Positions 25,049 through 41,487 of a DNA stretch of 64,000 bases are shown here, one piece after another. The first letter of the stretch is position 1. Every line of letters starts with the position of its first letter. Source of the stretch: the human T2T-CHM13v2.0 reference genome, Homo sapiens; NCBI RefSeq assembly GCF_009914755.1, contig NC_060934.1. One strand, 5' to 3'. The notes beneath the pieces are model-generated. The model saw only the letters and a list, made by a program, of their open reading frames with translations, was not told the origin of the DNA and did not search any database. Made by a program: the position numbers and the translations under genes.

Positions 25049-28000
25049 TCGGTTTGGAAGTCCAATGGCACCGCGGCACTTAGATTCCGTGTCACGGCCC
25101 GGCTTGCCGAGGATGCCTGCTCCCGCCTTCACCTGCCTCGCAGCCTCCCCAGTGCTGGCCAGGCGCTGAGGGATGCTTGACCCCACCCCATGGATGAGTG
25201 ATTTCCTGGGGCTCCTTCAGCTGGGAACCCTCTCTAGGCCACAGGGCAAACTCTGGAGACTGCCTTGGGCTTGGGACCTGCCCGTGGCCACGCACTGGGC
25301 CTGGCTTGGACCCCACTGGGCTGGGGCCCTCGGGCACTGGGGCCCTGGGAATGGCCAGTAGGAGGTGTCCACTCCCTCCTGTTCCATCTGGAATGCGTGC
25401 CTGAGGCCAGTCCTCAGGATGAGCTGCCTAAGGGCGGGCAGAGGTCACAGGCGAGCAAGCGACCTGGCGCCTGCCACTTCCAAGAATGTGGGTTCACTGG
25501 GAGAGGGCAAGGATGGGGGTGGGTGGGAGGGAGCCGAGGGAGCTTTGTGCGGGGAAAACCCTGGAAGGGAGCAGCTCTGAGATCTGTGAAGCAGCCTCCC
25601 GCCCCTTCCCCATGTCCCTGTGGACCCTCGGACGTCAGGCCAGGAAGGGCCTGGGCCTCCCACTTGGCCCTCTAGCCCAGCCGTGAGCTTTACAGATGGG
25701 GAAACCAAGGGCCCACAGGCACGGGGACTTACCCAGAGCCCTGGCCTGGCCACCAGGACCTGGCATCTCACACTTTGGCGGTCCCCTGACTCTAGACACC
25801 ATGAGTACCTCCGTCTCCTGCCCGGTCCTGTTGTCTACTGACAGCAGCGCTGGCTGAGGAAGGGAGGAGGTGCCACGTGGTACAACCCCTTCTCCACCCC
25901 TGGGAACAGCACCAAGCCCAGTGCCCGCACACTTAGCTCCCCTGAGCAGGAGCAGAGGGCACTGGAGCTTCAAGGGCAGAGCGGGACACACCGCCACTGA
26001 TGCCTGGGTCCAGGGATGGTACCTCGAGGCCACATGTGGCCTGACGTCCTGGGACACAGACCTCGCCCTGGAACATAGGTGCTCTTCACAGCACAAGTGA
26101 TCCTGCAGACCCATCCTTGGGCACCCACTGCAAGCGGACCAGAGCGGCGGTGCTATGGCATTCAAAGCATCTTGTCAGTCACGAAGCGTCCTCAGCTCAT
26201 GTCTGGAGCTGGGCATTGTGGTGCCGTCTGCAGGGTACAGCTGGTGCCCAGGACAGTGGCCCTGTCCTTCTCCACCTGACTCCTGTCTCGCCAGCCTACC
26301 TTCCTCCCGACACCCGCGGCGTCCTCCTGCATCCACCCTCAGAGGTTATCGAATGCCGAGGAGCCCAGGATGCACTTCCGAGGCTCACTGGTGACTTTCC
26401 GGAGATACTTAGGCAAATGGACATAAATAGCTCTTGGATCCTAGCAGGAATTCTCAACCTCATTTCTCGGAATTCAGAAGTCACGGTTAACTCAAAGAAT
26501 GCTAAGCGGGCCAGGGATCACGATCTCACAGATGGGTCCCGTGTCCCAGGGCAGTGAAGGTGCCGGGGCCGTCTCCTGAGCTGTCTGCTGCCCGGTCCTG
26601 CTCCGCCCGCCCCTGCGCCCCTGCACCACCAATCCAGGCAGCTCCCTGAGGCTGCGGTTTCCTTGGCTCCTTCTGCTCCCTGGGCAGTGCCAGCCTCGGG
26701 TCCACACCTGGAATCCACCGTCTTTCCTGTGAAAAATGACCTCAGTGCATCGAAGGCCCCCAGGGGCCGCAACTCCATGAGTGCGACTGGTTGGTGGGGC
26801 AGCGCCACTGTCCTGGGGACGTGCTTCCAGTGGAGGGGTGGCTAGGAGCCTGGGGGGCTTCATCGAGAGGGTCCCGGAAGGGCCCAGTGGTCAGATTTCA
26901 GCGGTGCACCTGGGCCTCAGGCGATGGATGAGGTGCACCTGGGCCTCACCCATCGCCTGAGTGGGGCTGTCCCGAGTCCACCCTCAGCCCCTGAGCCCTC
27001 CTCACCCCTCGGCCTTCCCCTAGGCAGGGGTGGCGCAGGCTGGGGGCGTCCACATCGCCTCCAGCAGGGCAATGGCACACAGGCTCTGCCCAGCGGTCAG
27101 CAGCAGGCACGGGCAGGCACAGGGAGCGGGGAACCCCAGAGTAAAGGGAAACCGACAAGGCCTCTGCACCTGTGAAAGCCGGGCCCTGGATCTGGCCAAA
27201 GAACAGTCCTCACGAGGCCACAGCTGGACTCAGCCTAGAGGCCTGACCCCAAAGGACATGGTAGATCGGGGGTACCCCGAGAAGGGCAGCCCCCAGGCCT
27301 GGCCCATGCTTGGCAGAAGGGCGCGCAGTGCTAGCCAGCCACCTCCTTGAAGACTTGGTGGGAAATGAGTAATCACAGGTGGCTCCCCAGGAGGGAGGCC
27401 AGGACCCCGCCGGCACTGTGGGGACTCAGCACAGCCGAGGGTCGGCCGATGGCGTTGTCACCCCTCCCGGGCCCCTTGAACCACCCACTGCTGGGACCCT
27501 TGACACACCGGCTGCAAGCCTCCAACCCTCACTGTCCTCAAGAGGGCCACGTTCCCTTGTCCTCTGAGCCTCCAGGGCCACACATCAGACCCAGCCCTGA
27601 GACACCACTGCCAGGTCCTGGTGTACTACAGCCCCCAACCCCTCCCTGCCTTCCAGAGACCCTGCCCCAGGGGAGAGCTGGCGCTTTGCTCCAGCATCCA
27701 CCCAGCAAGACCCTCTCCCTAACTTATCCCTCCCGCTCACCTCTCCCCTTCTCCCTCCCTCTTTTCCCTCCCCATTCCCCTCTCCCTCCCCCTCATTCCT
27801 CCTCTCCCCTCCCCACCTTCCATCGGCTTCAGGCCAAGCCCAGGGCTAGACGCATGCCTGGCCCACCCACGCCGCTCTGCAGGGGCATTCCTCGTGGAGC
27901 CCAGGCCCCTTGCCCCCCTACCCTGGGCCGCTGCCCAGTGCGAGGCCATACGGGGCGAGTGTGGATTGGGTGAAAGACACAGTAACGAAATGTGGTGAAA

Positions 28001-30028
28001 ATGCTCCTGGGAACCGAGCTGATCCGCAGGGCCTGTGCCTTCGCCTATAACAGTCCCTCGGCCTGTGGGGGACCCCAAAGCTCCCAGCCGCCCTCCCCGC
28101 AGGGCCTGTGCCTTCGCCTTCACTGTCCCTCAATCCCAAAGCTCTTAGCTCCTACGTGGTCCAGGCTTTGTCAGCGCCCCACCCCCACCCCCCGCCACCA
28201 CCCACGGTCCCTTCAGGGCCACCACGGCTACTCCAGCTCCCTCAGTCCCTGTCTGGGGGGCGTCCCTGGGCCCTGCCCAAACCCTTCTCCCACCCAGACC
28301 ACACCCAAGGCCGCCCACCAGCTGCCCCCCAGCACACCCAACCCACCCACAGGCGTCCTCTCCCCCCAGGTGTGGCAGGGCCTCTCACGATGAAGAGACG
28401 CAGACACTCAACCAGAAACGGGCAGCCCGAGGAGGGCCCCCCTTCCTCAGTGGTGGGGATGCCACCTGTGTGCCAGGTGGAGCCGATGGAGCCCCAGGCT
28501 TCCTTCCTTTTGGCCGCGCCTCTTTCTTTCCTCCATCCTCTCCTCCTCATCTGACCCCCCAGCTCTGGTCAGTTCCGAGTCAGGCAAGGGGTGGGCAGGC
28601 GCCTCGAGCAGAGACTCCTCCAGGAACCCAAGCGAATGAGGAACGCCAGGATAGTGTCAGCACAGATGCAGGTCTGACCCCCAGTTCGGGACAGAGGGCG
28701 GGGAGGGTAAAGGGCGATGGGGACGCTTCTCACCATCGCTGTCCCCATCCAGTCACTGGAGCAGCTTGTGGAAGGTGGCCTCGGTCGGTCACGCTCTCTG
28801 TAGTGGGGTCCAGGGCTCAGTCCCAGGTGCTCTCATGGAGGCACAGGCAGAAGGGGGAAGGGGAAGGTATGAGCCAGCTGGTCGCCAGTATCAGAGCACC
28901 CCGAGTGAGGGGTCAGTGCCCGGCAGGAGCTGTGAGCCACATGCTATCTGGTCCAGAGCGAGGACTGCTGGCCACCTGTCTGTGAGTGGACAGAGGGACA
29001 CAGTCCAAGGCACAGAGGCAGCACCCGGAGCCCACCCCTGCCCACTGCCTGGGCCCGAGACCCGAGACCTGTGCACACAGAGCAGGCACGCGCCGAAAGC
29101 CTGGCCTGAGTGAGTGCCCGGGGTGCCCAGCAAACACCCACGGAACAGCCTACTGACGGTGCATCCAGCCTGGAGCCCCACAGAGGCCAAGCGCTCAGCG
29201 TGGCCACACCAGACCTGCCCCCTGGGAGGTCCGGTGCACTGTGGACGTGGGCAGGGCAGAGCCCGGGAGACTGCCTGGGCCAGGAGGCCCCAGGATCAGG
29301 CCCTCACTAGCCCGGGCACCTGCTCAGGGCTGGTGCTCCCTGGTCCTACCCCTGGCACTCAGGCCGTGGACGGCCAAGAGGAGGCTGCCAGTTGTCAGCT
29401 CAGCATCTGGAATGGGCCTGGAGAAGGGGATTGACTGTGTCCCTGACCTCAGCTGAGTCCCATGTATTTCTGGGTTCTGCACACGTGACCTCAGTGGTTG
29501 AAATAACAAGGGCAGCCGGCAGTGACTTAGAGACACGAGACTGGCTGCTAGGCAGCTTGCAATCTGGTGACTTCATTCTGGGATCCTGGGAGGAGTCCCT
29601 GCCAGGCCCAGCTCCCCTGTCACCCTAGTTGCCAGCTCCAGCCAGTGGCCAGACAGCAATCATCCCTGCCCCTCCCTTTGCCCACGTGCTGGTCGTCCCC
29701 CTGTCTGGGACAGCAGCTGGGGCTGCGGCCAGTTGACTGGCAAAGCTGTGTTTGACAGTGGAGGCTGGGAGGGAATGAGCCAGCTGGTCAGGCCAGCCAG
29801 GTGAGCCCTGCGGGGAGCTGGACGTGTCCCCAAACTGACACCACCGTCCCCAATCAGCACTGGCACCGGCTTCCAGATGATTCTCTGGTCTCACCATCTT
29901 CAGGAACTGAGGCCCCACCAGCCTCTTCCTGCCTCATTTCCCAAACTGCCTTTTCATTAGAGAGTAAAACCCCTTGAGGACCAGCGGATGTACGGTCCAT
30001 GGAGGCCTCAGGTCACGGTGCCCACAGG

Positions 30029-30620
30029 ATTTTTAAGTTAAGGTACGTACGTTGTTTCTTTAGACATAATGCTATTGCACACTTAGTCAACTACAGTAGA
30101 GTATAAATACAACTTTTATGTGCTGTATTAGTCCATTTTCACACTGCCATAAAGAAATACCCAAGAGTGGGTAATTTATAAAGGAAAGAAGTTTAATTGA
30201 CTCACAGTTCCACATGACTGGGAGGCCTCAGGAAACTTACAGTCATGGTGGAAGGTGAAGGGGAGGCCTCAGGAAACTTACAGTCCTGGCAGAAGGGGAA
30301 GGAGAAGCAGCACCTTCTTCACAAGGAGGCAGGAGAGAGAAGGGAAGAGTGAAGGGGGAAGAGCCTCCTATAAAACATTCAGTCTCGTGAGAACTCATTC
30401 AGTATCATGAGAACAGCATGAGGGAAGCCGCCCCCTGATCCAGTCACCTCCCACCAGGTCCTGCCCTCAACACATGGGGATTATGGGATTACAATCTGAG
30501 ATGAGATTTGGGTGAGGACACAGAGCCAAACCATATCATGTGCACTGGAAAACCAAAAAATTTGTGTGACTCACTTTATTGCAGTGGTCTGGAACTGAAC
30601 CTGTACCACCTCTTCAGTGT
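30029..30620 (+). mobile_element. Tigger1 3'-terminal fragment, interrupted by a THE1 LTR and inverted relative to the element body
   Basis: ttttaagttaaggtacgtac...agacataatgctattgcacactta...cactggaaaaccaaaaaatttgtgtgactcactttattgcagtggtctggaac matches the Tigger1 3' end. Confidence 0.8.
30124..30538. mobile_element. THE1D/MST-type MaLR solo LTR with 5-bp TSD
   Basis: TGTATTAGTCCATTTTCACACTG...CCAAACCATATCA; TSD TGTGC at 30119-30123 and 30539-30543; internal ~41-bp duplication at 30220-30300. Confidence 0.88.
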
Positions 30621-30880
30621 GCACACACACATCACACACACATGCACTCATACACTTACACTCACACACGTACACTCACACACCACACACACATGCATTG
30701 CACACATGTGCACACACACTCATGCATTTACATCACACACACGCACCACACACACACTTGCACTGCACACGTGCACATTGAGGCACTTACATGCACTCAC
30801 ACCACACACATACACTCTTGCATTGCACACTGCACACACACACGCACTCACATGCTCACATCACACTTGCACGCACACCC
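30620..30880. repeat. CA-rich low-complexity tract
   Basis: Degenerate (CA)n. Confidence 0.9.
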
Positions 30881-31017
30881 GCAAAGCACCCCACATGGAG
30901 CACAGCTCAAGTCACAGCACAGGTGAGGGCTTCAGCTAAAGTGCAAACCGAGACGGGCGTGGCAGAGGAGGCCATGACCATGACCTGAGGTCTCCGCGGA
31001 CCTTACAGCCACTGGTC

Positions 31018-33094
<2,077 letters not shown>

Positions 33095-33095
<1 letters not shown>

Positions 33096-33875
33096 TGCAC
33101 GTGTGAGTGCCTGTGTGTGTGGAATGTGCCAGGGTACGTGTGTGCATGTGTGTGGTGTGTGTCAGTGTGCGTGTGTGCATGTGTGTGGTGTGTCAGTGTG
33201 CGTGTGTGCGTGTGCGTGGAGTGTGTCAGTGTGCGTGTGTGCATGTGTGGTGTGTGCCAGTGTGCGTGTGTGCAAGTGTGAGTGCCTGTGCATGTCCAGT
33301 GTGCCAGTGTGTGTGTGAGTGTGCTTGTTTGTGTGCATGCCTGTGCATGTGTGTGCCTGTGCGTTTGTGCATGTGAGTGCCTGTGTGTGTGATGTGTGCC
33401 AGTGTGCGTGTGCATGTGTGTGGTGTGTGCCAGTGTGCATGTGTGCATGTGAGTGCCTGTGCATGTGGAGTGTGCCAGTGTGCGTGTGAGTGTGCTTGTG
33501 TGTGTGGTGTGTGCCAGTGTGCGTGTGTGCAAGTGTGAGTGTGCGTGTCGTGTGCCAGTGTGTGTGTGAGTGTGCTTGTGTGTGTGCATGCCTGTGCATA
33601 TATGTGTGCCTGTGCGTGTGTGAATGAGTGCCTGTGTGTGGTGTGTGCCAGTGTGCGTGCGTGCAAGTGTGAGTGCCTGTGCATGTCCAGTGTGCCAGTG
33701 TGTGTGTGAGTGTGCTTGTGTGAGTGTGCATGCCTGTGTGTATGTGTGTGCCTGTGTGTGTGATGGGTGCCAGTGTGTGTGTGGTATGTGTGTTCCAGTG
33801 TGTGAGAGTGGGGGGGCATGTACGTGTGGAAGTGTCATGCAAGCATACGTGTGTGCACGTGTGAGCATGCGCGTG
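33095..33875. repeat. TG-rich low-complexity tract
   Basis: Degenerate (TG)n with recurring TGTGCCAG/TGTGCATG modules. Confidence 0.92.
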
Positions 33876-34566
33876 GTGTAAGGAGAGGCGCAGCATGGAG
33901 GCAGAGGCAGTGCTGCTCACCTGAGCCCAGGGACACAGTGTTGGTCTCAGAAGGGCTGCCCTGGGTGGCACCTGGGCCCAGGACCTTTTCGCTCAGGCTG
34001 TGATGGTGCCACTGCAACCGGTGAGAGGTGTGCAGCATCAGCCATGGCGGGAACAGAGCCGTGGCAGGACCACACCTGCAGTCTGCGTCCTCGCCCCGTT
34101 TCCCCGTGTCCCAGCGTGTGCTGATTCCGACCATCAGCTCCAACCAGCAGCGGGCTAGTGTGCCAGGAGGGATCACAGAGCCGGCAGCACTCAGGCTGGG
34201 CACGGGGCCGAGGGGCTAATGGGCGAGGGGCTGGGCAGGGTCAGCTGCAGGTGCCCCCTCTACTGCGAAGCTCCACCTGCACCACAGGCCTGTTTCTTGT
34301 CTCTTTCTTCTTTTCTTTCCTTTCCTTTTAAAAATACTTTCTAGATTTAATCATTTTTGAGTGTGCAGTGGAACATTTAGGAAGATGCCAGACACACCAG
34401 CACCGCCCAGGAACCTGCTGTCTTGGCCGGACACACCAGCACAGCCAGGAAACTGTGGTCACGACCCGCGGGGCAGAAGCGAGAACCTTGGGGCCGGCCC
34501 CACCCCTGGCCGTGCCTCCCTGGCCTGGCCCTGGGGCCTCCTTGTCTTTCCTCCCGGTTCACCAGC

Positions 34567-34634
34567 CAGGCACACGCATCCCCAGGCACACGCGTCCCCA
34601 GGCACACGCGTCCCCAGGCACACGCGTCCCCAGG
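34567..34634. repeat. 16-bp tandem repeat, 4 copies
   Basis: CAGGCACACGCGTCCC. Confidence 0.85.
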
Positions 34635-35334
34635 CTGCACTGGCTTCGAGCTGTGTGTTCCTGGAGTTGTTGTCTCACCTGGTTTCATAGCAGATTTCTC
34701 TGATTTCTTTCCCTGCACGTGTTTCTTTAAGGCCCATCCTGTAACCGTCGGTAGCTGGGGCTCCCCATGTCCATGGCTGCACGGGACCCGCTTCTGGCGA
34801 GACCACGGGGCTTTATCCCTTTATCCCTCCTGCCGACTGTGGCACGTTGGTCTCCGAGGGCTCAGGTGGTCTGCAGGCTCGTCCCACCCATGCGGGGCTC
34901 AGCTCTAAGCCTGCTAACTCCTCACAAGCCCATCCCTGGCAGGGGCCCCGCGAGTCCCTCTGCGCCCGTCCCTCTGCGCCCGTCTGTGAGCATTGCTGGC
35001 TGCGCCGTCCTCTCTTGCCTCTGTGAAGCGTGTGCAGGTCTCTTCCGCTCTCTTCTGGGCCGCCCACTCTTCCTCACTGACGGGCGGGAGCCTGTGTTTG
35101 TTCCTCACATCAGCCCGAGCGGCAGAGACTTTCCCTTTCGCTGAGTCAGCTTTGGAACCCAAAGTCTGTGATACTGGGGTGCCTCGTGCTTCTAGGGATG
35201 GTTTAAGGTACCCGTCCTCATGCCACATCCACACCATGTCTCCTCCACGAGGCTCCCCAGTCACCCCCTGTGAGCAGCAGCACGCCCGTCCTGTAACTGT
35301 GTGTAGCTGGGGTTCACCGCACAGCTGGGGCCGC

Positions 35335-35772
35335 ACCGCCTTCCCGTGGCTGCTGTGGCCACGGTGAAAGCTCAGTGGCCTAAAGCAACTCAGGGGGATC
35401 ATCCGACAGTCGAGAGGCCGTAAGGTCCGAAATGGGCCCCGCTGGGCCGACGTCGAGTTGTGGGGAGGACTGCCTCCCTCCCCCCCCCCGGCACCTTCTG
35501 GGGCTGCCTCGGCCACCGTCACTCCTGGGCTTGGGGCCTCCTCCACCCTGAAAGCCAGCAGCCCTGCGTCCTCTCTCCACTGGGATCTCTGCCCTCCCTT
35601 TTAAGAGGACGCCGGTGATGTCAGTACAGCCAAACAACCCAGGGCAGTCTCCACCATTCACCGCCACTCACTTAACCCCATGTGCAAGGTCCCTCTTGAC
35701 GCGTGAGGTGAAACCTTCACTGGTTTCAGGGAAGAGAACGTGGATGTCTGGGGGTGTTACTCAGCCGACATA
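35335..35772. mobile_element. MLT1-like MaLR LTR (highly diverged)
   Basis: ctcagtggcctaaagcaac, cttaaccccatgtgcaaggtccctctt and ggaagagaacgtggatgtct resemble MLT1C/D. Confidence 0.5.
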
Positions 35773-35884
35773 GGACCGAGCTCTTGTTCTCCTGTGCGAT
35801 GCTCATCTACCTGCCCCGGCACTGATGGCCGCTCCTCCCTCACTTGGCACTGGGTCACGTGGTGATGCACTCAGGGCTGGTCCC

Positions 35885-36062
35885 AGGCTCTGCACCCTCC
35901 CCGGCCAGCCCACCCTCTTGGGCTCTGCACCCTCCCCGGCCAGGCCACCCTCTTGGGCTCTGCACCCTCCCCGGCTCTGCAACCTCCCCGGCCAAGCCAC
36001 CCTCTTGGGCTCTGCACCCTCCCCGGCTCTGCACCCTCCCTGGCCAGGCCACCTTCCCCGGG
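35885..36062. repeat. Composite GGCTCTGCACCCTCCCCGG minisatellite
   Basis: Core repeated ~6 times, with or without a CCACCCTCTTG spacer. Confidence 0.8.
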
Positions 36063-36479
36063 CTCTGAGCAATGTGCTCTGCCGTGAGTCAGCTCCCGCT
36101 TTGCCCCTCCGGACACCTCTGGGTCGGGTTCATAGCTCCCAAGGGGAAGCTGTTAGGATTTCACCGAGATTCAGATCCGCCCTCCCTTTCTAGAAACCTT
36201 CCCCCAAAGGCAGTGGTTGGCCTGACTCGCGGAAATCACGTAACCCGGAGATGTCCCAGCGAGTGGCCCTGGCGTGCGAGCCGCTGCCCCAACGCTGGGC
36301 ACCTGGGCACAGAGGGGTGGGGTGGCCATTCCCCGACGCCCAGAGTCTGCCTGGGGCTTAGACGGGATTCGACGTAACAGAAGATGACGCTTGAGTGACA
36401 GATTCGTCAGCGCCCAGAGGAGGAGGACAAGCTGGACCCCTACCCTGGTTGGGGCTTGGAGCCATAGGAGAGGGTGTTC

Positions 36480-36745
36480 CCAGCTGCCAGACGGGCGGGA
36501 ACAACTCCCCGGACACCGGTGGGCCGAGGCTGTTGCGAGGGGCCCACGTCAGGCGGTGGATGGTGGATGCTGGACCCAGCGGAGCACCCCCTTCCCCCGG
36601 CCCCGGCCCCGGCCCCGGCCCCGCGCCTGCACGTCCACGGCGGTGACTGCCCAGCGGCGGCGGCGAGAAAAGCGGCGGCCTCCCGCGCCCTCTGCCGGCT
36701 CACCGGGAAGGAGCCCGGAGCCGGTGGTGCGCCGTGGGTCCGTCC
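36480..36745. promoter_or_regulatory. Small intronic CpG island with a CTCF-like motif and (GGCCCC)4
   Basis: Dense CpG; minus-strand CCGGCAGAGGGCGC at 36685-36698; CCCCGG hexamers at ~36595-36625. Confidence 0.5.
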
Positions 36746-36859
36746 TGCACCACTCCTGTGTGCTGTGGGTCCATCCTGGACACTTCTGCGTCCCCTGGGC
36801 CCCTCTATCTCCCTGTCTTATCGTCTACTTTGCCGGGCATCCGTGTAGCCGCTGTAGCT

Positions 36860-38095
<1,236 letters not shown>

Positions 38096-38997
38096 CAGGT
38101 TTCCTAGGGAGTCCCTGAGAACTACCAGACACAGGCCACCCCCTCCCACCACTGCACCTTGGAGCCCACTGAACGTGTGGGGCAGGGGTCTGTGGCCAAC
38201 CCAGGTGTTCGCAGGAGCCGGGGAGACAGCGTCCATGGGGGATGGTCTCTGAGCCGGCCCCTAGGTCACCCATGCTCCGTAGGGGTGGCAGCCAGGGGTT
38301 GTCTCATGGGTCCGGGTGGGGGCTGGAGGCGGTGAGCAAGTGCACCCGGTCCGGGACACGCTGCATCCCGCTTGGATCCCTGGGCGCCCTCAGCACCGTT
38401 GCCAGGCCCTGCAGAGGGGAAGGTCAGCCCCTGCCCTGGGCTCGGGCTGTGCCTGTCAGGATGAGACTCTGCCCCTCCAAGGCGGGGTTCCTCGGTCTGA
38501 CAGGGAGCAGATACTTCGGCCCTCCGACCTTCTTCCCCTGAGGCTGAGCGGGGCCTTAAAACTGTTTAAAACGGGGCACTGCTGGTCACTGGCCACGCAC
38601 TACCCGCGGGGAGGGGCCATGACCTGGGGACCCGGTGGGACGCACAGCTCCCTGTGTGACCCCACGCTGCCCCGGGGAGCAGTCCCGCCTGTAGCCAGGG
38701 GCTCCCTGCAGTTGCAGAGAAGTCCGCAGCCAACGGAGCTCTCCCGGGGCCCACCCGTGAAAGGACCTGGTCAGGGCCCTCTCCAGGCGCAGAGGCCCGC
38801 GGGAGGCCAGCGAGGCCGGCACTGGCTGCTCGGTCAGTGGTCGGGGGTCGGGGGTCGGGGGTCGGGGTTCTTGGTCTCCTCCTGCTCCGCCCGCACCCGC
38901 TGCTCTCCCTTGCCCCGCGGAGTGGGGGAGGGACAGCGCTGACCCCGGAGGATGCAGGCGGCGTCTGCAAGGGGGTCAACGCCTTCCTCCCCGGCAG

Positions 38998-39096
38998 GTT
39001 TTACCTCGTCAGCGGAGGGGTCCCCTTTATCATCTGTGGGGTCACGGCTGCCACGAACATCAGGAATTACGGGACAGAGGACGAGGACACGGCGTA
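38998..39096 (+). CDS. ADGRA1: ADGRA1 coding exon: TM4, ECL2
   Basis: ccccggcag|G ... GCGTA|gtgagt; [32 protein letters not shown](Y) (99 bp, phase 2 at both ends). Confidence 0.96.
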
Positions 39097-39517
39097 GTGA
39101 GTACCGGGCACCCAGAACCGGGAGCTGGGAGCAGCGGGTGGGCTCTGCCTGAGGTCCCTCCCAGGCACCTGTGGTGGGGAAGCCCAGGACGAAGCAGCAA
39201 GGCCTGGGCCTGGACCTGGGGCTTGCCGAGAGCTGCGCCCCTCCCAGCTCGCACCCCCGAGGAGTGCGCAGCGCCCCCTCCTCTCCCAGGGAGTCCAACC
39301 TAATCTTTGCCTTTGGACAAGGCAGGCCTGGTTTGCCTTCTATGGGAGGGGCCTGGGGACAAATAGCGATTTGGCAACAGCACAGAGCTCAGCTGAGAAG
39401 GGAAACCCCATCGAGTAGGAACGGCGGTCCAGCCATCAGTGCCCAGAGCCAGCCTGGAACCTCTCATTCAGGGCCCTCAGTTCCTTCTGCGGCCCCAGGA
39501 TGGCCCGCCCGTCTGCC

Positions 39518-39660
39518 CTCCGCCTTGCCCCGCCCACCCAGCTCCACCTCCGCCTGGCCCCGCCCACCCAGCTCCACCTCCGCCTGGCCCCGCCCACCCA
39601 GCTCCACCTCCGCCTGGCCCCGCCCACCCAGCTCCACCTCCGCCTGGCCCCGCCCACCCC
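39518..39660. repeat. 30-bp GC-box minisatellite in the last intron, ~4.5 copies
   Basis: GCTCCACCTCCGCCTGGCCCCGCCCACCCA with an exact 30-bp period. Confidence 0.92.
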
Positions 39661-40093
39661 ACGCTGGCCACGCCCACCAGGCTCCACCCTCTGCCTGGCC
39701 CCTCCCATCCAGCTCTGCCCTCTGCTCAGCCCCGCCCACCCCACTTCACCTCTTCCTGGCCCCACCCACCCCACACCAGCCCCACCCACCCAGCTCTGTC
39801 CTTCCTGCCCCTGCCCACCCAGACCCGCCCTGCACCTGGCCCCCTGCCTGGCTCTGCCTCTACCCGCACCTGGGACACTTTCCTGGCTACCCCACCTCCC
39901 AAGCTGGTAGGGCCAATAGGGCCCGGTTCCCATCCACACTCTCAGCGACTCTAGAAACGCCCAAGGCCCCCAAGCCGCAGCTGTGCAAAGCCACTCGCTA
40001 GGCCGGGTGGGTGCAGGGCCCTTTGCTCTGCAGGGGGCGTCCTGAGTCCTGGCCGTGCTGGCCCCGCTGACACTGACGTGCGTCTCCCCACAG

Positions 40094-41276
40094 CTGCTGG
40101 ATGGCCTGGGAGCCCAGCCTGGGCGCCTTCTACGGCCCAGCCGCCATCATCACCCTGGTCACCTGTGTGTACTTCCTGGGCACCTACGTGCAGCTGCGGC
40201 GCCACCCAGGGCGCAGGTACGAGCTGCGCACACAGCCCGAGGAGCAGCGGCGGCTGGCGACACCCGAGGGCGGCCGTGGGATCCGGCCAGGCACCCCACC
40301 CGCACACGATGCCCCCGGCGCCTCCGTGCTGCAGAACGAGCACTCATTCCAGGCACAGCTGCGCGCCGCCGCCTTCACGCTGTTCCTGTTCACGGCCACG
40401 TGGGCCTTCGGGGCGCTGGCGGTGTCACAGGGCCACTTCCTGGACATGGTCTTCAGCTGCCTGTACGGCGCCTTCTGCGTGACCCTGGGACTCTTCGTGC
40501 TCATCCACCACTGCGCCAAGCGTGAGGACGTGTGGCAGTGCTGGTGGGCATGCTGCCCGCCCCGCAAGGACGCCCACCCCGCACTTGACGCCAACGGGGC
40601 CGCGCTGGGCCGCGCCGCCTGCCTGCACTCGCCGGGACTGGGCCAGCCACGGGGCTTCGCGCACCCACCGGGCCCCTGCAAGATGACCAACCTGCAGGCC
40701 GCGCAGGGCCACGCCAGTTGCCTGTCACCGGCCACCCCGTGCTGCGCCAAGATGCACTGCGAGCCACTGACGGCGGACGAGGCGCACGTGCACCTGCAGG
40801 AGGAGGGCGCCTTCGGGCACGACCCCCACCTGCACGGGTGCCTTCAGGGCAGAACTAAGCCGCCCTACTTTAGCCGGCACCCAGCAGAGGAGCCCGAGTA
40901 CGCCTACCACATCCCATCCAGCCTGGATGGCAGCCCCCGCAGCTCGCGCACAGACAGCCCCCCCAGCTCTCTGGATGGCCCGGCGGGGACACACACGCTG
41001 GCCTGCTGCACCCAGGGCGACCCCTTCCCCATGGTCACCCAGCCCGAGGGCAGTGATGGGAGCCCTGCCCTCTACAGCTGCCCCACGCAGCCGGGCAGGG
41101 AGGCAGCGCTCGGGCCCGGCCACTTGGAGATGCTGCGGAGGACACAGTCCCTGCCCTTTGGTGGCCCCAGCCAGAACGGGCTGCCCAAGGGTAAATTGCT
41201 AGAAGGCCTGCCGTTTGGCACCGACGGGACCGGCAACATCCGAACGGGACCCTGGAAAAACGAAACTACTGTGTAG
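40094..41276 (+). CDS. ADGRA1: ADGRA1 last coding exon: TM5-7 and C-terminal tail with PDZ-binding motif ETTV
   Basis: ctccccacag|C TGC TGG ATG; continues as ORF 40101-41276 ([17 protein letters not shown]...WKNETTV*); the five exons sum to 1680 nt = 559 aa + stop. Confidence 0.97.
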
Positions 41277-41389
41277 ATGGGGGCAGAGGACACGGTGTTC
41301 CTGGAGGAGCTTCAGAGCAGAGTGGGGGGCCCATCTGCCACATGAGGTCACTGGGGGTACCGAAGTGACCCCGCCTTTCAGAAGCCGTT

Positions 41390-41487
41390 CACACCCCTGC
41401 CCCTTCCTTGTGATCACACCCCTGCCCCTTCCTTGTGATCACACCCCTGCCCCTTCCTTGTGATCACACCCCTGCCCCTTCCTTGTG
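41390..41487. repeat. 25-bp tandem repeat in the 3' UTR, ~4 copies
   Basis: CACACCCCTGCCCCTTCCTTGTGAT. Confidence 0.92.

Noticed and set aside
39095-39100. Apparent premature stop TAG TGA in ADGRA1
   Set aside because: It is the splice donor TA|GTGAGT; splicing to C at 40094 gives TAC (Tyr).
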